Below, in pieces: positions 21,640 to 30,688 of a stretch of DNA of 64,000 bases (the stretch's first letter is position 1; every line of letters starts with the position of its first letter). A program made the position numbers and the translations under genes. Source of the stretch: Candidatus Dormiibacterota bacterium (GTDB lineage: Bacteria > Chloroflexota > Dormibacteria > Aeolococcales > Aeolococcaceae). The stretch is from positions 22,747 to 86,746 of the forward strand of contig CAVPXI010000018.1 in NCBI GenBank assembly GCA_963709585.1. The letters are read 5' to 3'. The notes beneath the pieces are model-generated. The model had not been told where the DNA came from, searched no databases, and was given only the letters and a program-made list of their open reading frames with translations.

Positions 21640-22098
21640 ATGACCGTCGGCGCGCGACTCCCTGACTTCGACCTCGAGACCAGCGGCGGTGGTCGCGTAA
21701 GCAACGCGGACCTTGAAGGCCGACGCACCGTGCTGTACTTCTATCCGAAGGACGACACACCCGGCTGCACGCTGGAGGGTCAGGAGTTCACCCAGCTCAA
21801 CGAGGCGTTCAACGCTGCCGGGGTCACCGTCTACGGGGTGTCGCCGGACACGTCGAAAAGCCACGAGCGGTTCATCGCCAAATGCGCGCTGGCAATACCC
21901 TTGATCAGCGATCCGGAGCGGCGCTTGATCAACTCACAGGGGCTGTGGGTCGAGAAGAAGTTCATGGGACGCCAGTACATGGGCGTGGCGCGCACCACCC
22001 TTCTGATCGGACCGGACGGGACGATCGTGCGCGAATGGCGGGATGTCAAGCCCAGCGGGCACGCCGAAGAGGTCCTGGAGACCGTCAACAGCGGTTAG
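21640..22098 (+). CDS. bcp: Peroxiredoxin Q / BCP
   Basis: VLYFYPKDDTPGCTLE; GGAGG SD. Confidence 0.95.
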   Translation: MTVGARLPDFDLETSGGGRVSNADLEGRRTVLYFYPKDDTPGCTLEGQEFTQLNEAFNAAGVTVYGVSPDTSKSHERFIAKCALAIPLISDPERRLINSQGLWVEKKFMGRQYMGVARTTLLIGPDGTIVREWRDVKPSGHAEEVLETVNSG

Positions 22099-23083
22099 GC
22101 GCGCGATCGCCGGAGAGCGGATCGACCTCGCGACGCTGCTCGCGCGCCGGGTCGTCTTCGTCGCGGGCAAGGGAGGGACCGGCCGGAGCACGATGACCGC
22201 GGCGCTGGCGCTCCTGGGCGCTCGCGCCGGCAAACGCGTCCTCGCCATCGATGTCGACGCCAAGGGCGACCTCGCCGCCGCGCTCGGGTCACCGCCCGCC
22301 GGGTTCGCGCCACGCGTGGTCCAGCACGATCTCTCCGTCCTGGAATTGCGCACCGACGAGTCGTTCCAGGAATACCTGAACATCTATTTCAAGGTTCCGC
22401 GCCTGACCCGGCTGACCCCGCTGGCCCGCGTCTTCGACTTCATCGCCACCGGCGTTCCCGGTCCGCGAGACATGCTCGTGGTCGGCAAGATCGCCTACGA
22501 GGAGCGCCGCAAGGAGCCCGCATCGAGATCACCGGTGTGGGACCTGATCCTCGTCGACTGCGCCGCGGGAGGTCAGGCGGAGTCACACCTGGCGGCCCCG
22601 AAGGCGATGCTCACACTCGTCCGCGGCGGGCTCATCCGTGCCCAGGTGGAGTGGATCGACGCGCTGATCCGGGATCCTGTCCGGACCACGGTCGTGCTCT
22701 GCGCTCTCCCGGAGGAGATGCCGGTGATCGAGGCGATCGAGCTGCACGAACACCTTCGCGCCGGATCTGGCGTAACCGTCGATTTGTGCGTGCTGAATCG
22801 TGCCGTCGACGAGCCGGTGAGCGCGGCGCACCGCCGGCTCGTGTCGGCGCTGGTCGACCCGGAGCACGTCGACGCGGTCGCGCAGCGATTGGGTGGATCG
22901 CCCGCGCCGCTCGAGGCCGGCATCGACCTCCAGGGGCACCTGTTCGACACCACCGCGCGCTACATGCGTCAGCTCCGGAGCCGGCTGCCGATGCCCGTCG
23001 TGCCGGTGCCGTTCATCGTCGATCGGACCGGACTCACAACCACGCGAGCGGTGGCCGACGCGCTCAGTGGCAGGCTGGCATGA
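22043..23083 (+). CDS. ArsA/Get3-family ATPase subunit 1 (start uncertain, probably ~22120)
   Basis: FVAGKGGTGRST, VPGPRDMLVVGKI, LPEEMPVIEA; stop overlaps the next ATG. Confidence 0.85.
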   Translation: MSSPAGTPKRSWRPSTAVRRAIAGERIDLATLLARRVVFVAGKGGTGRSTMTAALALLGARAGKRVLAIDVDAKGDLAAALGSPPAGFAPRVVQHDLSVLELRTDESFQEYLNIYFKVPRLTRLTPLARVFDFIATGVPGPRDMLVVGKIAYEERRKEPASRSPVWDLILVDCAAGGQAESHLAAPKAMLTLVRGGLIRAQVEWIDALIRDPVRTTVVLCALPEEMPVIEAIELHEHLRAGSGVTVDLCVLNRAVDEPVSAAHRRLVSALVDPEHVDAVAQRLGGSPAPLEAGIDLQGHLFDTTARYMRQLRSRLPMPVVPVPFIVDRTGLTTTRAVADALSGRLA

Positions 23084-24282
23084 GCGCCGGCGCGGGGGGC
23101 CACATCCCCGAGCGGCGCAGGAGCGTTCGCAAGGACCCCGCCGGATTGGGGCGCCGTCTGGCGTCCCTCGACGTGGTGATCTGCTGCGGGAGCGGAGGGG
23201 TCGGCAAGACCACGGTGAGCGCTGCACTCGGCATGGCGATCGCGGCCGCGGATGACAAACGCGTCCTGGTCCTCACCATCGATCCGGCGCGGCGACTGGC
23301 CACGGCGCTGGGCATCAAGGGTATCGGCGCCGAGCCGGTGCGCATCCCCAAAGCGCGCCTGCGTCGAGCCGGGATCACCATCACCGGCGACCTCGAGGCG
23401 GCGATGCTGGACATGAAGCAGGCGTGGGACCGGATGATCGAACGCTACTCACCGGATCGCGCGACGGCGCGGCGGATCCTGCGCAACCCGCTCTACCAGC
23501 GCATCACCAACTCATTCGTCGGATCACACGAATATGCGGCGATCGAGGCGCTGTACGAGCTTCACGACGCCGGAGAGTACGACTGCATCGTCGTCGACAC
23601 GCCGCCGTCTCGCAACGCGCTCGACTTCCTCGAAGCGCCGACCCGGCTCACCGATTACGTGGGCTCGCGACTGCTGTCCATGCTGTCGGGAGGGCCGTCA
23701 CGGTTCGGCTTCCGGGCGATGAACTTTGCGGCCGCGCCGTTCCTGCGTCTCGCCGACCGGCTCCTGGGCGCCGAAGTGCTCGCCGAAGTCTCGGAGTTCG
23801 TCCAGCAGCTCCAACTGCTCTACGACGGGATCCAGGGCCGAGCTCGGTCGGTGTACCGGCTCCTGCGCAGCCCGCAGACGGGCTTCGTCGTGGTCACGAC
23901 CCTGGAGCAGGGTCCTTTCAGCGAGGCCGAATTCTTCTGCACCAAGCTGCGCGAGTTCAAGATGCCGCTGCGCGCCATGGTGGTCAACCGCGTGCTGCCG
24001 GACGTTTTCAATGATGCCGGCGGCGTCGCGGCCGCGACCACGCTGGTCGAGGACCCCAAGGTGGCCGCCTGGCTGACCGGCGAGCTCCACGCCCGCGTCT
24101 CCGCGGAGCCTGCGCGCTTCATCGGCGCGACGTTTCTGAACCGCCACACCCTGGCACTGCGCGAGGCGCGTCAGCTGTCGAAGTTGAGCCGGTTCGGTGA
24201 GGTGCCCATCGTGCGCATCCCGCTCTTCAGCGACGAGGTCTCCGAGCTCGAGGGGCTGGTGCGCATCGCGCGAGCACTCTGA
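23080..24282 (+). CDS. ArsA/Get3-family ATPase subunit 2
   Basis: CCGSGGVGKTT, LTIDPARRLA and DTPPSRNALDFLEAP motifs. Confidence 0.92.
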   Translation: MSAGAGGHIPERRRSVRKDPAGLGRRLASLDVVICCGSGGVGKTTVSAALGMAIAAADDKRVLVLTIDPARRLATALGIKGIGAEPVRIPKARLRRAGITITGDLEAAMLDMKQAWDRMIERYSPDRATARRILRNPLYQRITNSFVGSHEYAAIEALYELHDAGEYDCIVVDTPPSRNALDFLEAPTRLTDYVGSRLLSMLSGGPSRFGFRAMNFAAAPFLRLADRLLGAEVLAEVSEFVQQLQLLYDGIQGRARSVYRLLRSPQTGFVVVTTLEQGPFSEAEFFCTKLREFKMPLRAMVVNRVLPDVFNDAGGVAAATTLVEDPKVAAWLTGELHARVSAEPARFIGATFLNRHTLALREARQLSKLSRFGEVPIVRIPLFSDEVSELEGLVRIARAL

Positions 24283-24298
24283 TCCGGGCGCACGCGGT

Positions 24299-27154
24299 TC
24301 AGCCCTGACCCGCGAGCAGGCGCATGCGCGCGCTGTGACGCCCGAGCGAGTGCGCATCTCCGATCACGTCGAGCACCGGTGGATCCGCGAGCCGCACCAC
24401 CGAGCAGTCGCCCGCGGTGATCCGCGAGACGGCCTCGATCATCGCGGGGTCGGCGGTGCTCAGCAGGACCTGGTGCGTTGCAGACAGATCGTGCAAGAAC
24501 TCGATGAACAGGTCGCGACGGAGCGGGTCGGAGGTGAGCAGGGGTTCGTCGAGCAGCAGCGGGGTGCGCTCGCCTCCACCGCCAAGCACCTCGCAGAGCG
24601 CCAGTCGGAGGAGCAGCGCCACCTGGTCGCGGGTGCCGTGCGACACCGCGTCGAGCGGCACCATGTCGGGCCGATCATGGCCGAGCAGGCCGAGCGCGAA
24701 ATGGTCGGTGTCGACATTGACCTCGACGTATCGGGCACCGGTCAGTAGGCTGAGGCGGCTCCCCAGAGACTCGGCGAGGCGTGGCGCGAGCTCTCGATGG
24801 GTCACGCGCGACGCCGCCTCGATCAGATCCGCCGCTCGCCGCAGTGCCTTGAGCTGGTGCAGGCCTCGATCGCGCGCCGTTTCGCAGGCGTCGCGCTCGT
24901 CCTCCAGGTCCGCGATCGCGGGGAGCGTGTCGAGCACGCCACCGAGCCGGGCGCGCAGCTCGCGAGCCTGGTCGCCGGCCGAGGTTGCCGAGCGCCGCGC
25001 CCGTTCCGCTTCGAGGTCGAGTGCCTGCAGCACCGCGGCGTCCGGGGGCGCGGCAGCCAGCGCATCGGTGGGATCGCCGCCGCACTGCATCAATTGATCC
25101 GCAAGCTCGGTCTCGAGGCTCTCGAGCGTAGCCGCGTCGCCCCCGAGGGCGCGGGCTGAGCGCTGGAGATCATCGAGCCCGCGGCGCGCCGCATCGTGAC
25201 GCCGCCGCGCGTCACAGGCGTGGTGGAATCCGGCCACGGCGGCGGCCCAGTCACCTTCGGGGAGGCCGATCCCGGCAGCCCGGAGGATCGTGCGAAGCCG
25301 CACCTCGAGGTTCGCGACCGCGCGGGCTGCGCGGTCGACGTCGTCGCTCGACTGGGCGCCGGCCGATTCCTCGGCAGCGAGCACGGCATCCTCGGCGAGC
25401 AACTCCTCGCGCCGGCGCGCCTGCAGGACGGCGGCGTCAATGCCGTCGAGGATCTGCTGCGCACCCGCGATGACGGCTTCCGGGGTCGCGCCGGCTCCGC
25501 GAGAGTGCTCGGCGACGCATGCCTCGGCGGCGAGGGCACGGCAGCGTTCGAGCAGGGAGGTGAGCGCGAGCTGCAGCGCCTCCGCATCGCCACGACGGCG
25601 GGACGTGCGCAGCTGAGCATCGTCGAGAGCGTGGTGCAGCGTGCGCAAGACCGGGAGGCGATCCTGCAGCCGGGCAAGCTCCGCCGGATCGATTCCCGCA
25701 TCCAGCGCGAGCACCGTTGCCGCAGCGCGGGCACGCGAAGCCGAGGACGATCGTACCCAGGCGCGCCACGCCAGCAAGGCGGCACCGAGCCCTCCGAGCA
25801 CCCCAGCGACGAGCGCCGCCAGGGCGAGGTGGGCGTGATCAAGCCCCGCCGCCGCCGCCGCGGCGAACCCCGCAACGAGGATGGCCGCGCCGCCGAAGGC
25901 GCGACCGCCGCGTCCGGCCGCCTCCAGCTCGGGGAGCAGTTCGTCGATCACGTTCGCGGGCAGGCCGCGAAGCCCCGTTGCCGCGATCTCGCGACGAAGC
26001 CCTGCCTCGCGGGCGTCGTCACCGCCGGCGCGACCCGCGGCGCTCGCAACCGCGATCAACTCGCCGCGCAGGCGCTGGGAGCGTTCACCGACATCCCCGC
26101 CGATCTCCCCCGCGGATCCGATCGCCGCCACCCCGGACGCGATCTGCTCGCGTCGGGAACGGATCGGCCGCAGGCGTTCGACCGCGCTCTGCCAGCGCGC
26201 TGCGGCACCGTCGGCGCTCGACTTCGCCTGGACCAGCTCGCCACCAAGCGTGGTGACCTCGGTCTCGACGTCGAGGGGGAATCGCGCGTAGGACGCGGTT
26301 GCCTCGATCTCCACGGCATGGAGCTTGGCCTCGCGCACCATCTCCGCGAGGCGCACCCGCCGGCCGGCGACGTCTGACAGGCGCGCCGAGAGCCGCGCGC
26401 GTTCGGCCTCAACCCAGCGATCGGTTTCGGCGGCCAGGGTCGCGTCGAGAACGGCAAGGCGCTCCTGGTCGACGGCGACGGCCGCCAGCCTGGTTCGCGC
26501 GTCGGCGAGGATGAGGTCCAGGGTTCGAAGCCGGGCGGTCGCGACCCCGAGCGGACTGGCGGTGCGCCGCTCCGACCCGACCCGATCCATCGCCTCGCGG
26601 ATGCGCCCCAGGGCCTGCGCTGCGGTCACGCCCCGGCGGGTGTCCGCGAGCCGCTCGATCGCCTCCTGCAGCTGGCCGGCGCGCTGCCGGGCGCTCTCCG
26701 GCGCATCGATGCGGAGGCCGTCGTCGCCGAGCCATGCGGTTGCGCAGAAGACCGCTTCGTCGATCCCGAGGTGGAACCGGCCGGGCGTCACCGCACGTCC
26801 ACTGCGCAACTCGTCGGTCAGCTCCGAGCCCCCGAGCTCGAGGACCTGCACCGGCTGCTCGCGGGTGTCAAGGCGCCGGGCGACACGGATTCGGCGTCCA
26901 TCGTCGAGCTTGTAGGTCAGCGCGAGACCGTAGCCGCCCCGAGTCCAGGGCTCGTAGCGCGCCCAGTCACTGCGATCGACCGCACGACCCTGACCGCCGG
27001 CATCGACGCCGTAGAGCGCACCGCGCACCGCGCGCAGCAGCGTCGACTTGCCCGACTCGTTGGCTCCCGCGATGACCGTGACGTGGGGATGCAGGTCGGT
27101 GGTGATGTCGTGGAGGCAGCCGAAGCCGGTGATCTCGAGGCGCTCCAGGATCAT
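24299..27154 (-). CDS. SMC/Rad50-like coiled-coil ATPase (SbcC/YhaN-like)
   Basis: GANESGKST Walker A, long coiled coil, SHGTRDQ signature, LLLDEP Walker B. Confidence 0.88.
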   Translation of the reverse strand: MILERLEITGFGCLHDITTDLHPHVTVIAGANESGKSTLLRAVRGALYGVDAGGQGRAVDRSDWARYEPWTRGGYGLALTYKLDDGRRIRVARRLDTREQPVQVLELGGSELTDELRSGRAVTPGRFHLGIDEAVFCATAWLGDDGLRIDAPESARQRAGQLQEAIERLADTRRGVTAAQALGRIREAMDRVGSERRTASPLGVATARLRTLDLILADARTRLAAVAVDQERLAVLDATLAAETDRWVEAERARLSARLSDVAGRRVRLAEMVREAKLHAVEIEATASYARFPLDVETEVTTLGGELVQAKSSADGAAARWQSAVERLRPIRSRREQIASGVAAIGSAGEIGGDVGERSQRLRGELIAVASAAGRAGGDDAREAGLRREIAATGLRGLPANVIDELLPELEAAGRGGRAFGGAAILVAGFAAAAAAGLDHAHLALAALVAGVLGGLGAALLAWRAWVRSSSASRARAAATVLALDAGIDPAELARLQDRLPVLRTLHHALDDAQLRTSRRRGDAEALQLALTSLLERCRALAAEACVAEHSRGAGATPEAVIAGAQQILDGIDAAVLQARRREELLAEDAVLAAEESAGAQSSDDVDRAARAVANLEVRLRTILRAAGIGLPEGDWAAAVAGFHHACDARRRHDAARRGLDDLQRSARALGGDAATLESLETELADQLMQCGGDPTDALAAAPPDAAVLQALDLEAERARRSATSAGDQARELRARLGGVLDTLPAIADLEDERDACETARDRGLHQLKALRRAADLIEAASRVTHRELAPRLAESLGSRLSLLTGARYVEVNVDTDHFALGLLGHDRPDMVPLDAVSHGTRDQVALLLRLALCEVLGGGGERTPLLLDEPLLTSDPLRRDLFIEFLHDLSATHQVLLSTADPAMIEAVSRITAGDCSVVRLADPPVLDVIGDAHSLGRHSARMRLLAGQG

Positions 27155-28296
27155 CGCAAGCCGACCTCCGCCCCGGACAACGCCATCAGCCCGTAACGGA
27201 GCGCGTCCTCGAGCACCAGCGCTTCCTCAGCATCGGCATGCTCCGCGGCCCCGGTTGCGGCGCGCACGAAGGCGCCCCGCGTGCTCTCCTCGAGCAACGC
27301 GGCTTCGAGATCGACGAAGGGCGACGTGAGGTCGCGTACCTTGACTGCGGCGAGGTTGAGGCGCTCCCGCACCGCGAGCTCCACCGTGAACGCGTCCACC
27401 GACACCGATGGATCGACCGCGCCGCTCAGGTCGACACGGATCATGGTCCGCTCCGGGTCGTCGAACCCGGTCGACGCGCAGTGCATCGTGACCGTATCGA
27501 TCACCGCCTCCTCGGAGCCGCACGCATCGGCGTCGCACTCCACGGTGAACACCGACCAGCGATTGGTGTCGTGCGCGATGAACCGGACATCACCCCGATC
27601 GGTGATCTCGACGACCACCGGGCCACGCCCGCCTTCGTCGTCGAAGCCGAGCGGCTCCGGAGTCCCGGGGTAGAGGAGCCCCGAAGCCGAGTCGAGGCGT
27701 CGGCGGTGATAGTGGCCGCACAGCGCGGCGGCAAAGCCGGCGGCGCGGATCCGATCCGCGTGGAACGGACCGTGGATCGACTTTCCCTCGGGTCGCGAAC
27801 CGAGCTCGGCGCCGTGGAACAGCGCGAGATGTACGCCCGACCCGGACGTTGCCGGCGCACCGGCAAGCGGGTCGCCCTGCCAGGACGGCTCGCGGTGAGC
27901 GAGCCCCCAGAGGGTGACGCCGTCGGTGAGCTCAACCGGCTCGAACTTGGTGCTGCCGAACACGGTGACGTTGGATGGCCATTCGACGCGCCGATACAGC
28001 GACCCCGGGAGCAGGGCGTCGTGATTTCCCGGCGCGATCAGCACCCGCATCGGCTGCCACGACGCGAAGGTGTCGGCGAGGAACCGGCCGGTGTCGACAC
28101 CGGCGCGTTCGTGCTCGTAGAGGTCGCCGCCGATCGTGACCGCCGAGCAGCCCTGTTCCATGGCCAGGCGTCCCGCGCTCGTGAGGGCTTGCCGGAGCCC
28201 CTGGCGGCGCCGCCGCGCGAGCTCGCCCTGGCAGCCCATGGCGGCAAACACCCTGTCGAGGTGGAGGTCGGCGAGATGGAGGAGACGTATCGTCAT
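27151..28296 (-). CDS. Mre11/SbcD/YhaO-like metallophosphoesterase nuclease
   Basis: HLADLHLD, GGDLYE, PGNHD, GHYH and YPGTPE motifs; translationally coupled to the ATPase. Confidence 0.92.
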   Translation of the reverse strand: MTIRLLHLADLHLDRVFAAMGCQGELARRRRQGLRQALTSAGRLAMEQGCSAVTIGGDLYEHERAGVDTGRFLADTFASWQPMRVLIAPGNHDALLPGSLYRRVEWPSNVTVFGSTKFEPVELTDGVTLWGLAHREPSWQGDPLAGAPATSGSGVHLALFHGAELGSRPEGKSIHGPFHADRIRAAGFAAALCGHYHRRRLDSASGLLYPGTPEPLGFDDEGGRGPVVVEITDRGDVRFIAHDTNRWSVFTVECDADACGSEEAVIDTVTMHCASTGFDDPERTMIRVDLSGAVDPSVSVDAFTVELAVRERLNLAAVKVRDLTSPFVDLEAALLEESTRGAFVRAATGAAEHADAEEALVLEDALRYGLMALSGAEVGLR

Positions 28297-28455
28297 GGTG
28301 CTGGGAATGAGAACGGCGACCTGGAGGCGAACGTCAGTTCGCACAGCCTAGCACAGGTTCAGCGGCCGAACTTCTGCCACAATTGGCCAGTACCGACAGA
28401 GGGTTGCCCTGGCCGCCGGCCAGGGTCGAGTCGGAGCAGCGGGTGGGGGATCAGG

Positions 28456-30093
28456 GTGGATTCTCGATTGCATTTGTCTCGGCGTGGCAGCCAGGCAGGG
28501 GCGGGAATCGTCGGTGCGGCCGTGGCGATCAGGTTGCTCACGCTTCCTGTCAGCCCCGGTGTCCGTGTCGTGGACGCGCTCATGGCCGCGCTGGCTGCGG
28601 GCGCCGGCAGCCTGCTGCTTCGCCTGCCCCAACCACTCGAGCGGTTCCGCCACAGGGCATCAGTGTTGGGCGCCGTCGGGCTCGCGGTGGTTGCCGCGGT
28701 CGGGTTGCGGGCGGCCGCCGGTCAGCTTCCCGACTTCGCGCTGATCGCGGCGCTCGCCTTCACGGCCATCCTGGTCGGGCTGGACACCGACGCGCCCCAG
28801 ACCGGCCCGGCGCGAACGATCGCACCACTGTCTCGCGACCCCTGGCCGTTCGCACTCGCAGCCGCCGGAGCCGTCGTCGCAATCTTCGTCGCGCTGTGGC
28901 TCACCACGGCTCCCGCGTCATCGGGGATCGGGTCACTGGTGGTGGCGGTGGCCGCGATGATCGGGGTCAAGCTCATCGCCGTCGGTGGGGCCGGACGCAG
29001 CCTCGCCCGGTTGGACGACGAGACGCGCCGCGGGCACGTGTACGCGACCCTCGGTCGCAAGCTCGGCGTCGCGCGCGATGTCACCTCGGTCGCCTCGGCC
29101 GTCCTCGAAGCCTGCCGGGAGATCTTTCCGGAGACGTCAACGGGCATGGTGCTCATCAATGACCCGGCGGACGGACTCCTGAAGTCCCCAGGTACTTTCT
29201 TGTCTTCGAGTGGCGTGGGATCGGGTGGTCCCGGATACGAGCTCGCTCCCGGCGAGGGACTGGGCGGTGCCGTCTTCGTCGCCGAGCGGGCGGCCGTGTG
29301 GCCGACGACCCTGTCCGCTTCGATGGCGCAGGCGAGCCTCAGGGAGGCGAATCGGATCCGGCTCCGACAGTCGAAGCTTGGATTCATCCGCTCGGCGATC
29401 GGCGCCCCGCTCCGGGTCGATGGAACCGCGATCGGAGCGATCGTGCTCACCTCGGAGCGGCAGGAGAACGCCTGGGCCGAGGCCGATGCGCCGATCATCG
29501 AAGCCCTCGCCGACGAGGCCGCGCGCGCGATCGAGCGAGCCCGACGCCACGAGGAGGAGATGGGGCGCGCATTGCTCGACGCCGTCACCGGGATGGCCAC
29601 GCGCCCGCAACTGCTCGCCGTCCTCGACAAGGAGCTCGCCCGCGCGTCGCGACGCGAAAGCACGCTCGCGCTGATCATCGCCGACATCGACGGCTTCGGA
29701 GACCTCAACGACCGCTGGGGCCACGACGCCGGCAACCGGGTGCTCGAGACATTTGCCGACGTGCTTCGATCCATCCTCCGCCGGGAGGACAGCGCTGCCC
29801 GCTTCGGCCCCGACGAGTTCGTCTGCGTGCTCCCCGGCGCCGATCGCGACCAGGCCGGCGCAGTCGTCGCGCGCATCCAGCAGCGATTCACCGCTGACAC
29901 CTCCGGAGACCAGGGCGTGGGCCGGTCCGGCGCAACGGCCTCGGCAGGCCTCGCCGTGTATCCGAGCAACTCGGCGGACATGGGAGGCCTCCTCGAGGCG
30001 GCCTCGCGTGCCCTCGCGGCCGCGAAGGAGACGTATGAATTGACCGGCCGGTCAAGGCTCCGGCGCCGGGCTCGAGACGCCGCCTCGAATTGA
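28456..30093 (+). CDS. Membrane GAF-GGDEF domain protein with degenerate GPDEF motif
   Basis: About 6 TMs, GAF domain (SAIGAPL..DGTAIGAIVL), DAVTG, DIDGF..LNDRWGH, RRED-SAARF-GPDEF. Confidence 0.88.
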   Translation: MDSRLHLSRRGSQAGAGIVGAAVAIRLLTLPVSPGVRVVDALMAALAAGAGSLLLRLPQPLERFRHRASVLGAVGLAVVAAVGLRAAAGQLPDFALIAALAFTAILVGLDTDAPQTGPARTIAPLSRDPWPFALAAAGAVVAIFVALWLTTAPASSGIGSLVVAVAAMIGVKLIAVGGAGRSLARLDDETRRGHVYATLGRKLGVARDVTSVASAVLEACREIFPETSTGMVLINDPADGLLKSPGTFLSSSGVGSGGPGYELAPGEGLGGAVFVAERAAVWPTTLSASMAQASLREANRIRLRQSKLGFIRSAIGAPLRVDGTAIGAIVLTSERQENAWAEADAPIIEALADEAARAIERARRHEEEMGRALLDAVTGMATRPQLLAVLDKELARASRRESTLALIIADIDGFGDLNDRWGHDAGNRVLETFADVLRSILRREDSAARFGPDEFVCVLPGADRDQAGAVVARIQQRFTADTSGDQGVGRSGATASAGLAVYPSNSADMGGLLEAASRALAAAKETYELTGRSRLRRRARDAASN

Positions 30094-30132
30094 CATCGGC
30101 TGACGAATAGTTCTACACTCAAACTATTCGTC
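30090..30132 (+). promoter_or_regulatory. Sigma70 promoter overlapped by a MarR operator
   Basis: TTGACA-N18-TACACT; perfect inverted repeat GACGAATAGTT-N9-AACTATTCGTC (30102-30132) brackets the -10. Confidence 0.85.
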
Positions 30133-30154
30133 CATCGAACACTCGAGGGAGAGT

Positions 30155-30688
30155 GTGAGCCAGGCACCTTCGGTGGAACGGCCACGCCGTTCCCCACAGA
30201 TCACCAGCGGTGCTCGTCGCGATGAGCTGGCCGACCTGCTGTTCGGGTATATCGGCGGTCTCAAGCGCCGGCTCATGGCCAGCGTCCCCGAGGAGCTCAA
30301 GGGTGAGTTCGGCGCGGTCACCTGGCATCAGGTCGGAGCGCTCGAGCAACTTCGCGTTGCGACTCAAACGTCGGCCGGAGCGACCATGAACGAGATCGCG
30401 CGCATGAATCAGTGCGCGCTCAGCTCGGCGAGCGCGCTGGTGGACCGCATGATCCGTCTCGGATTCGCCGAGCGGCTCAGCAACTCCGGAGACCGGCGCA
30501 TCATCCACATCGCTCCGACCCCGCTCGGCCTGCAGATGCTCGACCGATTCGACGAGGCGCGCAAAGCGGTTTCGCTCGAGGCGCTGGCCACGCTGAGCGA
30601 CGCGGACCTCGAGGAGCTGGTGCTCCTCATGCGCAAGATCGTCGACTGGCCCGAGCCCGGACACGTCAAGGAGGTCGCACATGACTGA
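30155..30688 (+). CDS. MarR family transcriptional regulator
   Basis: TMNEIARMNQCALSSASALVDRMIRLGFAERLSNSGDRR..TPLG. Confidence 0.92.
   Translation: MSQAPSVERPRRSPQITSGARRDELADLLFGYIGGLKRRLMASVPEELKGEFGAVTWHQVGALEQLRVATQTSAGATMNEIARMNQCALSSASALVDRMIRLGFAERLSNSGDRRIIHIAPTPLGLQMLDRFDEARKAVSLEALATLSDADLEELVLLMRKIVDWPEPGHVKEVAHD

Noticed and set aside
24299-28296. Anti-phage SMC/nuclease defence system
   Set aside because: Matches the ordinary SbcCD/YhaNO-like repair pair and sits in a housekeeping context
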